A DNA stretch of 64,000 nt from Thermoplasmata archaeon (lineage in GTDB: Archaea; Thermoplasmatota; Thermoplasmata; Lutacidiplasmatales; UBA184). The translations under genes and the position numbers were made by a program. The stretch is from NCBI GenBank assembly GCA_021801925.1, contig JAKABH010000002.1:4560-68559 (forward strand), given 5' to 3'. Below the pieces are notes generated by a model. It ran no database searches. It saw nothing but the letters and a program-made list of their open reading frames with translations, and was not told the origin of the DNA. Of the stretch, positions 9,662-19,080 are shown one piece after another. Positions within the stretch are counted from its first letter, which is position 1. The number at the start of each line of letters is the position of its first letter.

Positions 9662-9848
9662 GACTTCGGGTTGACCGAAAGTACTGCTATGTACCCTCCG
9701 CTCGCGAGTTGAGCGAAGGGTCGGGATCGGGGACGTCACATGGTTGGATCTCCGAGATTGGCTTGCCCGCTCCCGCCTACTGCTATTTGCGCCCGAAGCG
9801 CACGAAGACAATTGCGGCGAGGGGCCCCAGGGCGGTGTCCTGCATTCT

Positions 9849-10907
9849 TTAGTCGTGCGACGGTCGGGGAGGCCTCGCAGTACTTGCACTGCAGCTCGGC
9901 CGCTCTGGAGCGTGAGGGAGATAGGGAGTTCCCCGTTTCAGGATTGCGTAGACCACTCTGAGGAGGGCATGTGCGGTGTCGATCGCGCCGCGCTTCGCCC
10001 CCTTCCGGCGACCACTCCGCCGGCCTACCCGGGCGATGTAGCTCGTTCGTGACTCTCTCCGGTGGGACCAGCCAGCCTCCACAAGGACCCAGCGAAGAAG
10101 GTGATTGCAGTCCGCCTTGAGGGAGCCGTGGTAGGAGTGGTTCGCTGACTGGTGGGTCGAGGGGCACAGCCCGCAGTAGGAGCTCAGTTCGTCGAACGAG
10201 CGAAAGCGCTCAATGGGACAGAGGAAGGCCACGAGGATGACCGCAGTGAGCTCTCCAATCCCCGGGATGGTCTCCAGCAGTTGAGCCTCTTCTGATCTCA
10301 GGTAGGCGGCGTGGATCGCCTTGTCGAGCTCCTTAGTGGCCCCCGAGAGGTCCTCCAGCCGGTCCAACCCCCGATCGACCTCGGGGATTCCCAGCTCTCG
10401 GAGGCTCTCTCGACGCCGCGCCCGCATCAGAATGCCCTCCTCATAATCGACGCCTTTCCCGAACAGCTGAGCGTAGGTGTGGTTGGCCACTGACTTGTTC
10501 TGCTTCCGGTAGAACACCCTCTCCCGAACCAATCGACGCAGCGCGCGAGTATCGAGGTCGGGAACGAAGGCTGTGGGCAGCGCGTTCAATCGGAGTAAGG
10601 TCGCCAGCGCTTCGGAGTCCACTTTGTCAGACTTCAGACTCGCATCGGCGATCAAACGGGTCCGAAAGGGGTGGGAGAGCACGACCTGGGCGCCCGCCGA
10701 TACGGCCGCATCGTGGTAGTGCTCCCACACCGAACACGCTTCGAGCGCGACCCGCTTGGATCCCGGAAGCGTGCGAAGGTAGTCCACCAACTCCTGATCG
10801 GAGGACCCGAGCTTCACTTGACTCAACCTCCGGCCAGAGGCGTCGAGGGCTGTGGCTACGACGAGGTCCTTGTGCACATCCAATCCGACGAAGGTCTCTG
10901 CTTCCAT
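9849..10907 (-). CDS. IS110-family transposase (DEDD recombinase)
   Basis: N-terminal FVGLDVHKD (DEDD_Tnp_IS110 signature), central IPGIGELTA (Transposase_20 helix-hairpin-helix). Start at MEAETF (10907) or at 10961. Confidence 0.9.
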   Translation of the reverse strand: MEAETFVGLDVHKDLVVATALDASGRRLSQVKLGSSDQELVDYLRTLPGSKRVALEACSVWEHYHDAAVSAGAQVVLSHPFRTRLIADASLKSDKVDSEALATLLRLNALPTAFVPDLDTRALRRLVRERVFYRKQNKSVANHTYAQLFGKGVDYEEGILMRARRRESLRELGIPEVDRGLDRLEDLSGATKELDKAIHAAYLRSEEAQLLETIPGIGELTAVILVAFLCPIERFRSFDELSSYCGLCPSTHQSANHSYHGSLKADCNHLLRWVLVEAGWSHRRESRTSYIARVGRRSGRRKGAKRGAIDTAHALLRVVYAILKRGTPYLPHAPERPSCSASTARPPRPSHD

Positions 10908-11011
10908 GGGGCGTCTCCGAGGGGAAGGGAGGAGACGCCCCGCTTGGGTCTTCCGTGGCATCGAGCGGAGGGTAACATGTCTTCTTTCCGGAGTTCGCCT
11001 ATGCCCTCGCC

Positions 11012-12127
11012 ATGGTGGTCCGGGTCCGCCCGATCACGGATGACGAGGGCAATCGACTCCGACGGATCGTTCGCCACGGGCAGAACGCCATCGAGGTGAA
11101 GCGCGCCCAGGTCATTCTCTGCTCCGCCCAGGGGTTCACCCCTCCGAAGATCGGCCTCTCCGTCCTCATGAGCGAGGACTACGTCCGACGGCTGATCCAC
11201 GAGTTCAACCTCCATGGGTTCTCGATGCTCAAGCCCCACTGGGGACCGGGACCGAAGGCCAAGTTCTCGGACGAGCAGCGCGATGCGCTGGTGGCGCTCG
11301 CCAGCAGCCGTCCGAAGGACCTTGGGCTGCCGTTCACCCAGTGGAGCCTCTCCCGCCTCCGGAAGGCGGCCATCGATCGCGGAGTGGTCCCGTCGATCAG
11401 CGAGGAGTGGCTGCGGGTCATCCTCCTCGAGGCCGACCTCAGTCACCAGTCGTTGCGGACGTGGAAGAAGAGCACCGACCCGGAGCGGGAGCTGAAGAAG
11501 GAATACATCGAGAAGCTCACCCGGCAGCCGCACAACCCCCCGGTCGTACTGAGCGCGGACGAGATCGGACCGATCCAGCTGGTGCCGCAGGGCGGCGCGG
11601 GGTGGTTCCCGCGCAAGACGCCGGGGCGGATCCCGGCCGAGTACCCTCGGGAGTTCGGGACGGCCTACTACTTCCTGATGTTGAACGTCTACCACCAGAC
11701 CCTCTCGGGGCAGGTCTATCGAACCAAGCACTCCACGAACTGGCAGGAGTTCGTGGCGGAGGAGCGGGCGAAGTATCCCCTCGATCAGCCGGTCTACCTG
11801 ATCCAGGACGGGCTTTCCACGCACTGGACCCCGGCGGTGCGCCAGTGGGCGCGGGAGCACGAGGTGATCCTCGTGCCGACGGCGACCCACGCGAGCTGGA
11901 TGAACCCCGTGGAGACCCATGCGAAGGGGATCGAGGAGCTGGCGCTCCCCGGGACGGAGTTCACCTCGGTGGGGGAGCTCGGGGAGGCGCTGGACCGAGC
12001 GGTCGAGTACCGGAACGAGGAGCGGAAGGCGCGAGGGAAGAGGTTCCGGGACACGGTACGCGCCGATCGACGGCACGCGTCCAAGGTGCCCCTCTGGCTG
12101 CGGGCTACCGTACCCGATGTTTCCTGA
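11012..12127 (+). CDS. IS630-family transposase (apparently intact)
   Basis: HTH/winged-helix N-terminus, DDE_3-type core (VLSADEIGP ... YLIQDGLSTH ... SWMNPVE). 371 aa, uninterrupted. Confidence 0.88.
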   Translation: MVVRVRPITDDEGNRLRRIVRHGQNAIEVKRAQVILCSAQGFTPPKIGLSVLMSEDYVRRLIHEFNLHGFSMLKPHWGPGPKAKFSDEQRDALVALASSRPKDLGLPFTQWSLSRLRKAAIDRGVVPSISEEWLRVILLEADLSHQSLRTWKKSTDPERELKKEYIEKLTRQPHNPPVVLSADEIGPIQLVPQGGAGWFPRKTPGRIPAEYPREFGTAYYFLMLNVYHQTLSGQVYRTKHSTNWQEFVAEERAKYPLDQPVYLIQDGLSTHWTPAVRQWAREHEVILVPTATHASWMNPVETHAKGIEELALPGTEFTSVGELGEALDRAVEYRNEERKARGKRFRDTVRADRRHASKVPLWLRATVPDVS

Positions 12128-12161
12128 TGGCCGCTCCACTAGCTCCACTGAAATCGTCCTC

Positions 12162-12389
12162 TCAGCTAAGATGTACTGCCGAGCCGCTCAGACGACGCTG
12201 AACCATGACCGAGACGAGGACGCCTACCGCCCCGAATGCAATCAAGCCCGGCCCGAGCAGCGACGCCGGAAACAGCAACAGGGCCAGCAGCCCTGCGGTG
12301 TCGGCAACTACGACCCAGATGACCCCAATGACTCTACAAGTTTTCCACCATGCACTCGTCTTGCCGAGGTTCCGGGGCAAAGGATTCAT
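12162..12389 (-). CDS. Possible small two-TM membrane protein
   Basis: Two hydrophobic stretches (VIGVIWVVVADTAGLLALLLF, LIAFGAVGVLVSVMV) in the AT-richer spacer between two IS. No homology recognised. Confidence 0.3.
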   Translation of the reverse strand: MNPLPRNLGKTSAWWKTCRVIGVIWVVVADTAGLLALLLFPASLLGPGLIAFGAVGVLVSVMVQRRLSGSAVHLS

Positions 12390-12556
12390 CCCTCCCTCAT
12401 GAAGCTCACTTCAGTCGGAGTTGGATGCTCAATCAGAACCCGTAAGGGGCGCCGCCACACCACAGACCCCATGCGAAGTAGACTGTCCAACTCCAGCAGT
12501 ATATCCACCAGCAACTCCCCAAGCTAATCGAATCGCCTAGAATCGTAAAACGGTTT

Positions 12557-13844
12557 GCTACTGAATAGGTGAGTTAGATATCCGGAAACCATTTCGGGCT
12601 CGGGCGTGGAGCTCGCGGCCGTCGGGGCCAAGTATGCCTCCCTCGCCCCGGAACTCACCGAGAGGTCCCGTCGGTACTGGGCGGCGACGGAGGCGCTCTC
12701 CCTTGGCCATGGAGGGATCGGTCTCGTCGCGCGGGCCGCCGGTCTCTCTCGCTCTACGATCTCCCGAGGGCTCCGGAAGGTCCGGTCCGGGGAGCGGCTG
12801 GAGCCCGGGCGCATCCGATGACCCGGCGGGGGACGGACGCCCACCGCCCGGAAGGACGCGAAACTGGTGGCGGACCTGGAGGCGCTCGTTGAGCCCACCG
12901 ACGCGGGCCGCCCCCAGTCTCGGGTGCGGTGGACCTCGCGGAGCACCCGGCGCCTGGCCCGAGAGTTGGAAACCCTCGGGCACAACGTCAGTTCCCATCT
13001 GGTCGCGGATCTGCTCCATGCCGCTGGCTACAGCCTCCAGTTGAACCAGAAGACCCGCGAGGGGACCACCCATCCGGACCGTGATGCCCAGTTCCGGTAC
13101 CTGAATGCCGAGGTGGTCCGCCACCAGCGCCGTCACCAGCCGGTGGTCTCGGTGGACACGAAGATGAAGGAGCTGGTGGGGGACTTCAAGAACGGCGGAC
13201 GCGAGTGGCGGCCATGGGGCAAGCCCGCGCCGGTTCGGGTCCACGACTTCCTCATTCCCCAGAAGGGGATGGCGATCCCCTACGGAGTGTACGACCTGAA
13301 CCGTAACGAGGGGTGGGTGAGTGTCGGGAGCGACCACGACACGGCGACGTTCCCGGTGCGCGCGATCCGACGGTGGTGGGAGGTAATGGGCCGCCCCTCC
13401 TACCCCCACGCGACCTCGCTGCTCATCACGGCGGACTGCGGAGGCAGCAACGCGGCGAGGGTTCGGCTCTGGACGTGGGAATTCCAGCAGTTCGCCGATC
13501 GGACGGGATTGACGCTCACGGTGTGCCACTTTCCTCCGGGGACGGGCAAATGGATTCGAATCGAGCACCACCTGTTCTCCCACATCGCCATGAAATGGCG
13601 AGGGGAACCCCTCGTGAGCCTAGCGGTCATCGTCAGTCTGATCGGGGCCACTACCTCGACCGCCGGACTTCGAGTCCGATCGGAGTTCGACAAAGGGCGG
13701 TATCCCGATGGGGTCGAGGTGTCCCATGAGCAGATGGCAAGGGTCCTCCTCGAACCCCACGAGTTCCATGGCGACAGGAACTACACTGTCCGACCCCACC
13801 GGGCTCGGGCCAAATCAGTCAGCTATTCAGTAGCGATGCCTTAG
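12557..13844 (+). mobile_element. ISAzo13-family insertion sequence
   Basis: Perfect 12-bp terminal inverted repeats, GCTACTGAATAG (12557-12568) and CTATTCAGTAGC (13823-13834), bracket the transposase reading frame. The ORF stop lies 8 nt beyond the right repeat. Confidence 0.75.
12606..13844 (+). pseudogene. ISAzo13-family transposase interrupted by one in-frame TGA
   Basis: ORFs 12606..12821 and 12867..13844 are in the same frame. Reading through TGA 12819-12821 gives ...GRIR*PGGGRTPTARKDAKLVADLEALVEP..., continuous with the family pattern. DDE core present (VSVDTK, ITADCGGSN, IEHHLFS). Confidence 0.85.
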
Positions 13845-15036
13845 GGGGATGGCCGTCGGGGCCCCCGATGGGTGGGAAAGGGACGCGGTCCCGGCCGCGA
13901 TCGGCAGGCGCCACCCGCGAGGCTCTGGCCGCCGCGGCCCGCCGCCTCCCGCCCGGGCACAGCGGCCCACAGCCAACGAGCTACCCGATCTTCCGGTCGG
14001 CCCGCACCCCTCCACCGTTCGTCCGACGCCGGCAACGGACCCTCGGATCCCTGGGGTCGTTGGCCGGTGAGTGGTCGCACTCGGGCGGGGCCCCCCCCGG
14101 TGGCGCGCGAACGGCGGGGTCGGCCGGGAGAAGCTCTCGTGGGCTGCCTCGGGGAGAAATTTCGACCGGGGCGCCTGCGATAGCCGCGCGGGCCCTCCAA
14201 TCGAGCGCCCGAGGTTCACGGGCGCGGAACGGAACACGGGCTCGGATGCGCCGAGCGTCGCCGAGCGGGCGCCCGCCCTGCCCACGCGGATCTTGGGGCC
14301 GTAGCGCTCGCGCCAGGATCTCGATCGGCTGCGAGATCGCCCCCGCGGGTCGACCCCGGCCCAGCGATTCAGAAGGCAACGCGACTCGTACTCGGCCGAA
14401 AGTACTCCGCTGGCTTCTCCCTCCGGCGATGTCGAACCCAGCCGACCACGTGCCGTCCGCTCCCCCCGCGCCGGCCCGCAAGGTCTGCTATCTGAGCCGT
14501 CGGCGGGGATGGACCGACCCGGCGAGCCCCCATCGCCCGGTCTCGGAGGTCAACCTCCTCGCCGTCTACCAGGGGCATGCGATGTGGACGCTGCAGACGA
14601 CGTGGGCCTGGGCGTTCGGCACGATGATCCCCCGGGAGATCGAACGGGCCTACGTGAACGCGAGCGCCCGGGTGCCGATTTCGGAAGGGGAGGTCAGCCT
14701 GCTTCGGCTGGTCGCGGAACGTCTCGGCGTTGAACTGCGGGTCGTCGACTGACCGCCCGGCCCCGCGCCCGTCCGTACCGGGTCCACCCCCGGGCTCCCC
14801 CCGTCCGTCCCTCGCCAGTCTCGGGCCATCGCCGGCGCTCCGTCAGATGCCGGGCCCTACCCCCGTCGCACGGAGCCGTCCGGGGGTGACCGACGGCGTC
14901 TCGATCGCCGGTCCATCCGTCCGAGTGGGGGGGCGCCGGCCCCCCGGGGGCGCGACCTACGCCTTCGACGTCCGTACGGGGGGCCGCAGTTTGGACCTGC
15001 TGGTTTAGCCCGCCGAGCCTTGGGAGGCCGGATGCC

Positions 15037-15534
15037 ATGCTCGCGGACCACCAGGTCGGTTGGGTCCTCGTCGCTTATCCGGACGAACGGTTCGGATCGA
15101 GGCTACGGGCCGGCCGCGATTCCAACTGGTCCGACGCCCGGACGACCTCCATGGAACCGGGGCAGCCGGTCCTGTTCCTTCAGCTCGGCCCGCCGTCTCC
15201 GCGCTGGGCCGGTGTCGGGCGAATCGTAGGGGTCCAGGAACGCTGGCGGATGTTCGGGGTGGTCGTCCGCTGCCTCGAGCGATTCGCACCCCCGCTGCCC
15301 GCCGTCCCCGGGCGGAGCCCGAGGGCGACGGCGGCGGCTCGATCCCTCGCCGACGAGCTCGACAACGCGCCGGTCTGGGAGAACCGCACCCTGGCGGAGG
15401 TGTTGGGTCTGCACCGCTCGCCGTACCGGACCCCGTATCTCGGCGAGGGCCGCGTCGTCCGGGTCACCGCCGGCGACCTCGGCCTCGTGCGCCAGCTCCA
15501 GCCGTCCCTCGCCCGGGTCTGGCCCGAACGGTAG
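15037..15534 (+). CDS. Hypothetical protein, possible PUA-like/EVE-type fold
   Basis: The pattern GWVLVAYP...W...M.PGQPVLFLQ....AGVGRIVGV resembles EVE/ASCH-type beta-barrels. This is pattern recognition only. Confidence 0.45.
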   Translation: MLADHQVGWVLVAYPDERFGSRLRAGRDSNWSDARTTSMEPGQPVLFLQLGPPSPRWAGVGRIVGVQERWRMFGVVVRCLERFAPPLPAVPGRSPRATAAARSLADELDNAPVWENRTLAEVLGLHRSPYRTPYLGEGRVVRVTAGDLGLVRQLQPSLARVWPER

Positions 15535-15621
15535 CCGATCGCGGTCGCCCGCGGGCCCGGGTTCGGTGCCTCCGGGCGGATCGACCGCGGGCTCGCGCCC
15601 TCGCCTCCGATCGGGATCCGA

Positions 15622-16680
15622 TCAGAATTGGGGGCGAGGGCCGTCCGCCCCCGGCCGTTCGCGGGGGTGACCTCGCTCGATCAGGATCGAGCACGGGGCG
15701 TGGTGCAGGAGGGCGCTCGACACGCTGCCCAGGAGGAGTTCCCGCGGAAGCGTGCGCCCGCGCGAGCCGACGACGAGGAGGTGGGCATCCCCCTCGTCGA
15801 GGTAGTCGAGGATCGTCTCGGACGGCGGGCCCCGCAGCAGTTCCGTGGTCGTCTCCGCGACGCCGCCTTCCGAAGCCCGCTGCCGGGCCCGGGCGAGCTG
15901 GTCCTCGGCCGCGAGAAGCAGTTCCGCCTGCCGCCGCTGCGCCTCGTGCGAGCGGAGCCCGCCGGCCACCAGCGGGGGGACGACCGAGATCACCGTCAGC
16001 GGAACGGCGAGTCCGCGGCTGAGGGCGACGGCCCGCCGGAGGGCGGCGGTCGAGTCTCCCGAGGGATCGACGGCGGCGACGATGCGGTCGAACGGGGGCG
16101 GACGCCCGGCGGGGCCGGTGGGCGGCCTCCCCCGCGCGACGAGGACCGGCGCGGCCGAGAGCGCGGCGACGGCGGAGGAGGTGCTGCCGACCAGCACCCG
16201 ATGCACGGTCGACAGGTCGCGGGCCCCGAGGACGATGAGATCGGCCCGGGTCCGCTCGACGGCGGCCAGGATCGCCTCCGCCGGACGACCGACCGGCGTC
16301 TCGCGGGTGACGGAGACGATCCCGTCCCGGACCGCCCGCTCGCCCTGCCGGGCCGCGATCTCGCGATAGTACTTCTCCTCCCCTTCGGACTCGGGGAGGG
16401 GGGGCTCGGGCGCGGGGGCGACGACGGCATAGTACCCGAGATCGAGGTGGGTCGGGGTGACGACCAGGAGATGGAGCCGTGCGCCGAACGCGCGGGCGAT
16501 CGAGGTGGCGGCCTCGTAGGCGCGTTCGGAGCGGGGGAGACCGTCCGTCGCGAGCCCCACCAGGCGGAACGCGGGGTCCGTGCCGTCGTCGTGGCCGCCG
16601 GCAACCCCGGGCGGGCCGGGTGCCCGCTGGGCTTGTACGGCGGGGGTCGGCTCCGGAACGGCGAGGGGTGGGGGTGTCAT
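15622..16680 (-). CDS. Tandem universal stress protein (2 x UspA domain)
   Basis: Two Usp repeats, each ending with the ATP-binding G-x2-G-x9-G(S/T) region (VLGARDLSTVHRVLVGSTSSAV and VVGSRGRTLPRELLLGSVSSAL). Trimmed to ATG 16680. Confidence 0.85.
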   Translation of the reverse strand: MTPPPLAVPEPTPAVQAQRAPGPPGVAGGHDDGTDPAFRLVGLATDGLPRSERAYEAATSIARAFGARLHLLVVTPTHLDLGYYAVVAPAPEPPLPESEGEEKYYREIAARQGERAVRDGIVSVTRETPVGRPAEAILAAVERTRADLIVLGARDLSTVHRVLVGSTSSAVAALSAAPVLVARGRPPTGPAGRPPPFDRIVAAVDPSGDSTAALRRAVALSRGLAVPLTVISVVPPLVAGGLRSHEAQRRQAELLLAAEDQLARARQRASEGGVAETTTELLRGPPSETILDYLDEGDAHLLVVGSRGRTLPRELLLGSVSSALLHHAPCSILIERGHPRERPGADGPRPQF

Positions 16681-16831
16681 CGGTGCGGCTCGCTCCGCCC
16701 GCAGAGGGCGGCCGCCCGCCCATGAACGGGCCGTCGAAGCCGATTGACGGAACCCGTCGCCGGTCGGAGCCTTGGTCAACGCCGGTTCACCTGACCGCTA
16801 TCGGGGGCGACCGACCCCGACGGACGAGGGC

Positions 16832-18313
16832 ATGCAGTACAAGTGGCTCGCCCCCTCGAACACGACCGTCTCGACCCTGATGGCGTCGATCGATTCGAAC
16901 ATCGTCCTCATCGCCCTCCCGACGATCGGACGGGAGCTGCCGGCGACGTCGGCGACCGACCTTCTCTGGATCCTGCTCGGCTACTCGATCATCACCGCCA
17001 CCCTGCTGCTCAACTTCGGCCGCCTCTCCGACATGTTCGGCCGGGTCCGGCTGTACGTGATGGGGTTCGCGATCTTCACGGTCGGATCCCTGCTCTGCGG
17101 ATTCTCCCAGACGGGGACCGAACTCGTCCTCCTGCGACTCGTCCAGGGGGTCGGGGCGGCGTTCCTGTTCTCGAATTCGGCGGCGATCCTGACCGACGCC
17201 TTCCCGCCCGGGGAGCGCGGCGAGGCGCTCGGCATCAACCAGATCTCGATCGTGGCGGGGGCGGTCGTCGGGCTCGTGCTCGGCGGGGCGATCACCACGA
17301 CGATCGGCTGGCGCTGGATCTTCTTCGTCAACGTCCCGATCGGGGCGGTCGCCACCTGGCGCGCCCATGCGGACCTGCGCGAACTGGTCCGGCCCGAGAC
17401 CCGGCCGCCCTTCGACTGGATCGGGAACCTCGTCTTCGCCGGCGGGTTGACCGTCCTGCTGCTCGGGATCACCCTCGGGGCGCTCGGGGATCTCTCGCTG
17501 CCCGGCGCCCTATGGGCCGTCGGGGCCGGGATCGCGCTCCTCGTGGCGTTCCCGTGGCTCGAACGGCGGATGCGGGATCCGATGCTCGACCTCTCCCTGT
17601 TCCGGAGCCGGATCTTTTCCGGCTCGGTCGTCGCCATGCTCCTGAACGCGCTCGCCCGCGGGGCCTTCACCTTCATCCTGGTCTTCTATCTCCAGGGGCC
17701 CCCCCGCTTCCTCGACCCGTTCGCCGCGGGCCTCTACCTCATCCCGACCTCCGCCTCGATGGTCGCCGTGGCCCCCGTAAGCGGGTGGCTCTCGGATCGG
17801 TACGGCTCGACCCCGTTCCTGGTCGCGGGGCTCGCGCTCTCCGCCGGGGGATTCTTCTGGCTCGCGACGATCCCTCCCGCCGCCTCGATCTGGACGCTCA
17901 CGCCGCACCTCGTCCTCGTCGGGGCGGGGATGGGCCTGTTCGCCTCGCCGAACCGGGCGGCGATGATGACGGCCGTGCCGGACCATCGGCGGGGGGTCGC
18001 GGCGGGGATGGGGACCACGCTCACGAACACCGGGGCGGCCGTCAGCCTGGGGGTGACGCTGGCGTTGATGGCGAGCGTGATGCCCCAATCGATGATGGTG
18101 GCGATCCTGCTCGGCACGGCGGCCTCGGGTACGGCGGCCGCCGGGTTCCTGAACGCCATCCACCTGATCTTCCTCGTCTCCGCGCTCCTCTGCTTGGTCG
18201 CGATCGGCCCGTCCTTGCTCCGCGGCGACACGCGGCTGCGGAGCGCGGGCCGAAGCGGTGCCTCCAGCGTTCGGGAGCCCGTTACCGATCTCACCGTCGG
18301 GCCCGCGGCGTAG
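16832..18313 (+). CDS. MFS transporter, DHA2/EmrB-like (14-TMS type)
   Basis: MFS motif A region GRLSDMFGRVRLY, many TM helices, GAGGG Shine-Dalgarno-like run before ATG 16832. ORF 16772 trimmed. Confidence 0.88.
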   Translation: MQYKWLAPSNTTVSTLMASIDSNIVLIALPTIGRELPATSATDLLWILLGYSIITATLLLNFGRLSDMFGRVRLYVMGFAIFTVGSLLCGFSQTGTELVLLRLVQGVGAAFLFSNSAAILTDAFPPGERGEALGINQISIVAGAVVGLVLGGAITTTIGWRWIFFVNVPIGAVATWRAHADLRELVRPETRPPFDWIGNLVFAGGLTVLLLGITLGALGDLSLPGALWAVGAGIALLVAFPWLERRMRDPMLDLSLFRSRIFSGSVVAMLLNALARGAFTFILVFYLQGPPRFLDPFAAGLYLIPTSASMVAVAPVSGWLSDRYGSTPFLVAGLALSAGGFFWLATIPPAASIWTLTPHLVLVGAGMGLFASPNRAAMMTAVPDHRRGVAAGMGTTLTNTGAAVSLGVTLALMASVMPQSMMVAILLGTAASGTAAAGFLNAIHLIFLVSALLCLVAIGPSLLRGDTRLRSAGRSGASSVREPVTDLTVGPAA

Positions 18314-18606
18314 CGGCGGGACGGCTCCCGCCCTGTCCCGCCGGTCCCCGTTGCGGGGAGATCGCTCCGGCTGGGCCGGGGCGGATCGGCCACCGCCCCG
18401 ACGCCCACGCGGCGCGCCGGCCGCGATCCGGCGGGCGTCCCGCCCCGACCTCCCTCCGCGCGGGCGGGGACCGTTGAGGGGCTGGCGCCCCTCGCGGAGC
18501 CGGTCGATGGAAGGGGGGTCCGTTGGGGCGCCGACGGGTTCCCGCTCAAGCGCCGTTGACGGATGGGTTAGATGGAACGGCCTCCGTTCCCCTCCCGAGG
18601 CAGCAT

Positions 18607-18966
18607 ATGGCGTCGCACATGGAGGAACGGCTCGGGGAATTCCAAGGACTGGTCGCGTCGTTGCAGAAGGAGTATCCGGCGGAGATCGCCGGCTTCCTTA
18701 ACTTCATGAAAGCCGCCGAGAGCGGTCCGTCGCTCTCGGCGAAGCAGAAGGAGGTCATCAGCGTCGCCCTCGCCGTGGCGGCCCAGTGCGAGTGGTGCAT
18801 CGCCTTCCACGTGAAGACGGCCGCCGGGCTGGGCGCGACCCGCGGCGAGCTCATCGAGGCGGGGTTCGTGGCGGTCGTGATGCACGGCGGCCCGGCCCTC
18901 ACCTACCTGAAGCCGCTGGTCGATGCCGTGAACGAGTTCGTCCGTCCGGCGGCCGGAACCCGCTGA
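18607..18966 (+). CDS. Carboxymuconolactone decarboxylase (AhpD-like) family protein
   Basis: AhpD-type CxxC in ALAVAAQCEWCIAFH, about 120 aa. Trimmed to ATG 18607. Confidence 0.85.
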   Translation: MASHMEERLGEFQGLVASLQKEYPAEIAGFLNFMKAAESGPSLSAKQKEVISVALAVAAQCEWCIAFHVKTAAGLGATRGELIEAGFVAVVMHGGPALTYLKPLVDAVNEFVRPAAGTR

Positions 18967-19080
18967 ACCGGTCCGGCCTCCGCCCCCGACCCACCCCCTT
19001 CCCCGCCGCGGGCCGCTCGGCCACGGTCCGCGGCGAAACCCGGGGCGGAGGAGGCCGGCTCCGGGGGAACCGTCCGGGCG

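Larger units (their letters stand above)
8779..13844. mobile_element. Cluster of four unrelated insertion-sequence remnants downstream of tRNA-Arg
   Basis: Back-to-back IS21 (truncated), IS110, IS630 and ISAzo13 transposase genes. AT-richer spacers at 12130-12600. Confidence 0.8.

Noticed and set aside
10960-12175. Terminal inverted repeats for the intact IS630 (GTAACATGTCTT near 10971 versus the reverse complement of AAGATGTAC near 12161)
   Set aside because: The match needs gaps and is too short and imperfect to define ends without other copies.
14429-14752. Possible 107-aa ORF (MSNPADH...LGVELRVVD)
   Set aside because: Only the last ~60 residues look protein-like. I see no motif, promoter or SD, so I did not report it as a feature. 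It is mentioned under the 13845-15036 finding.
15464-16725. ORFs 15464..16723 (-), 15628..16725 (+) and 15060..16022 (+)
   Set aside because: They are alternative frames or antisense over the tandem USP gene, and only the 15622..16680 frame has Usp motifs.
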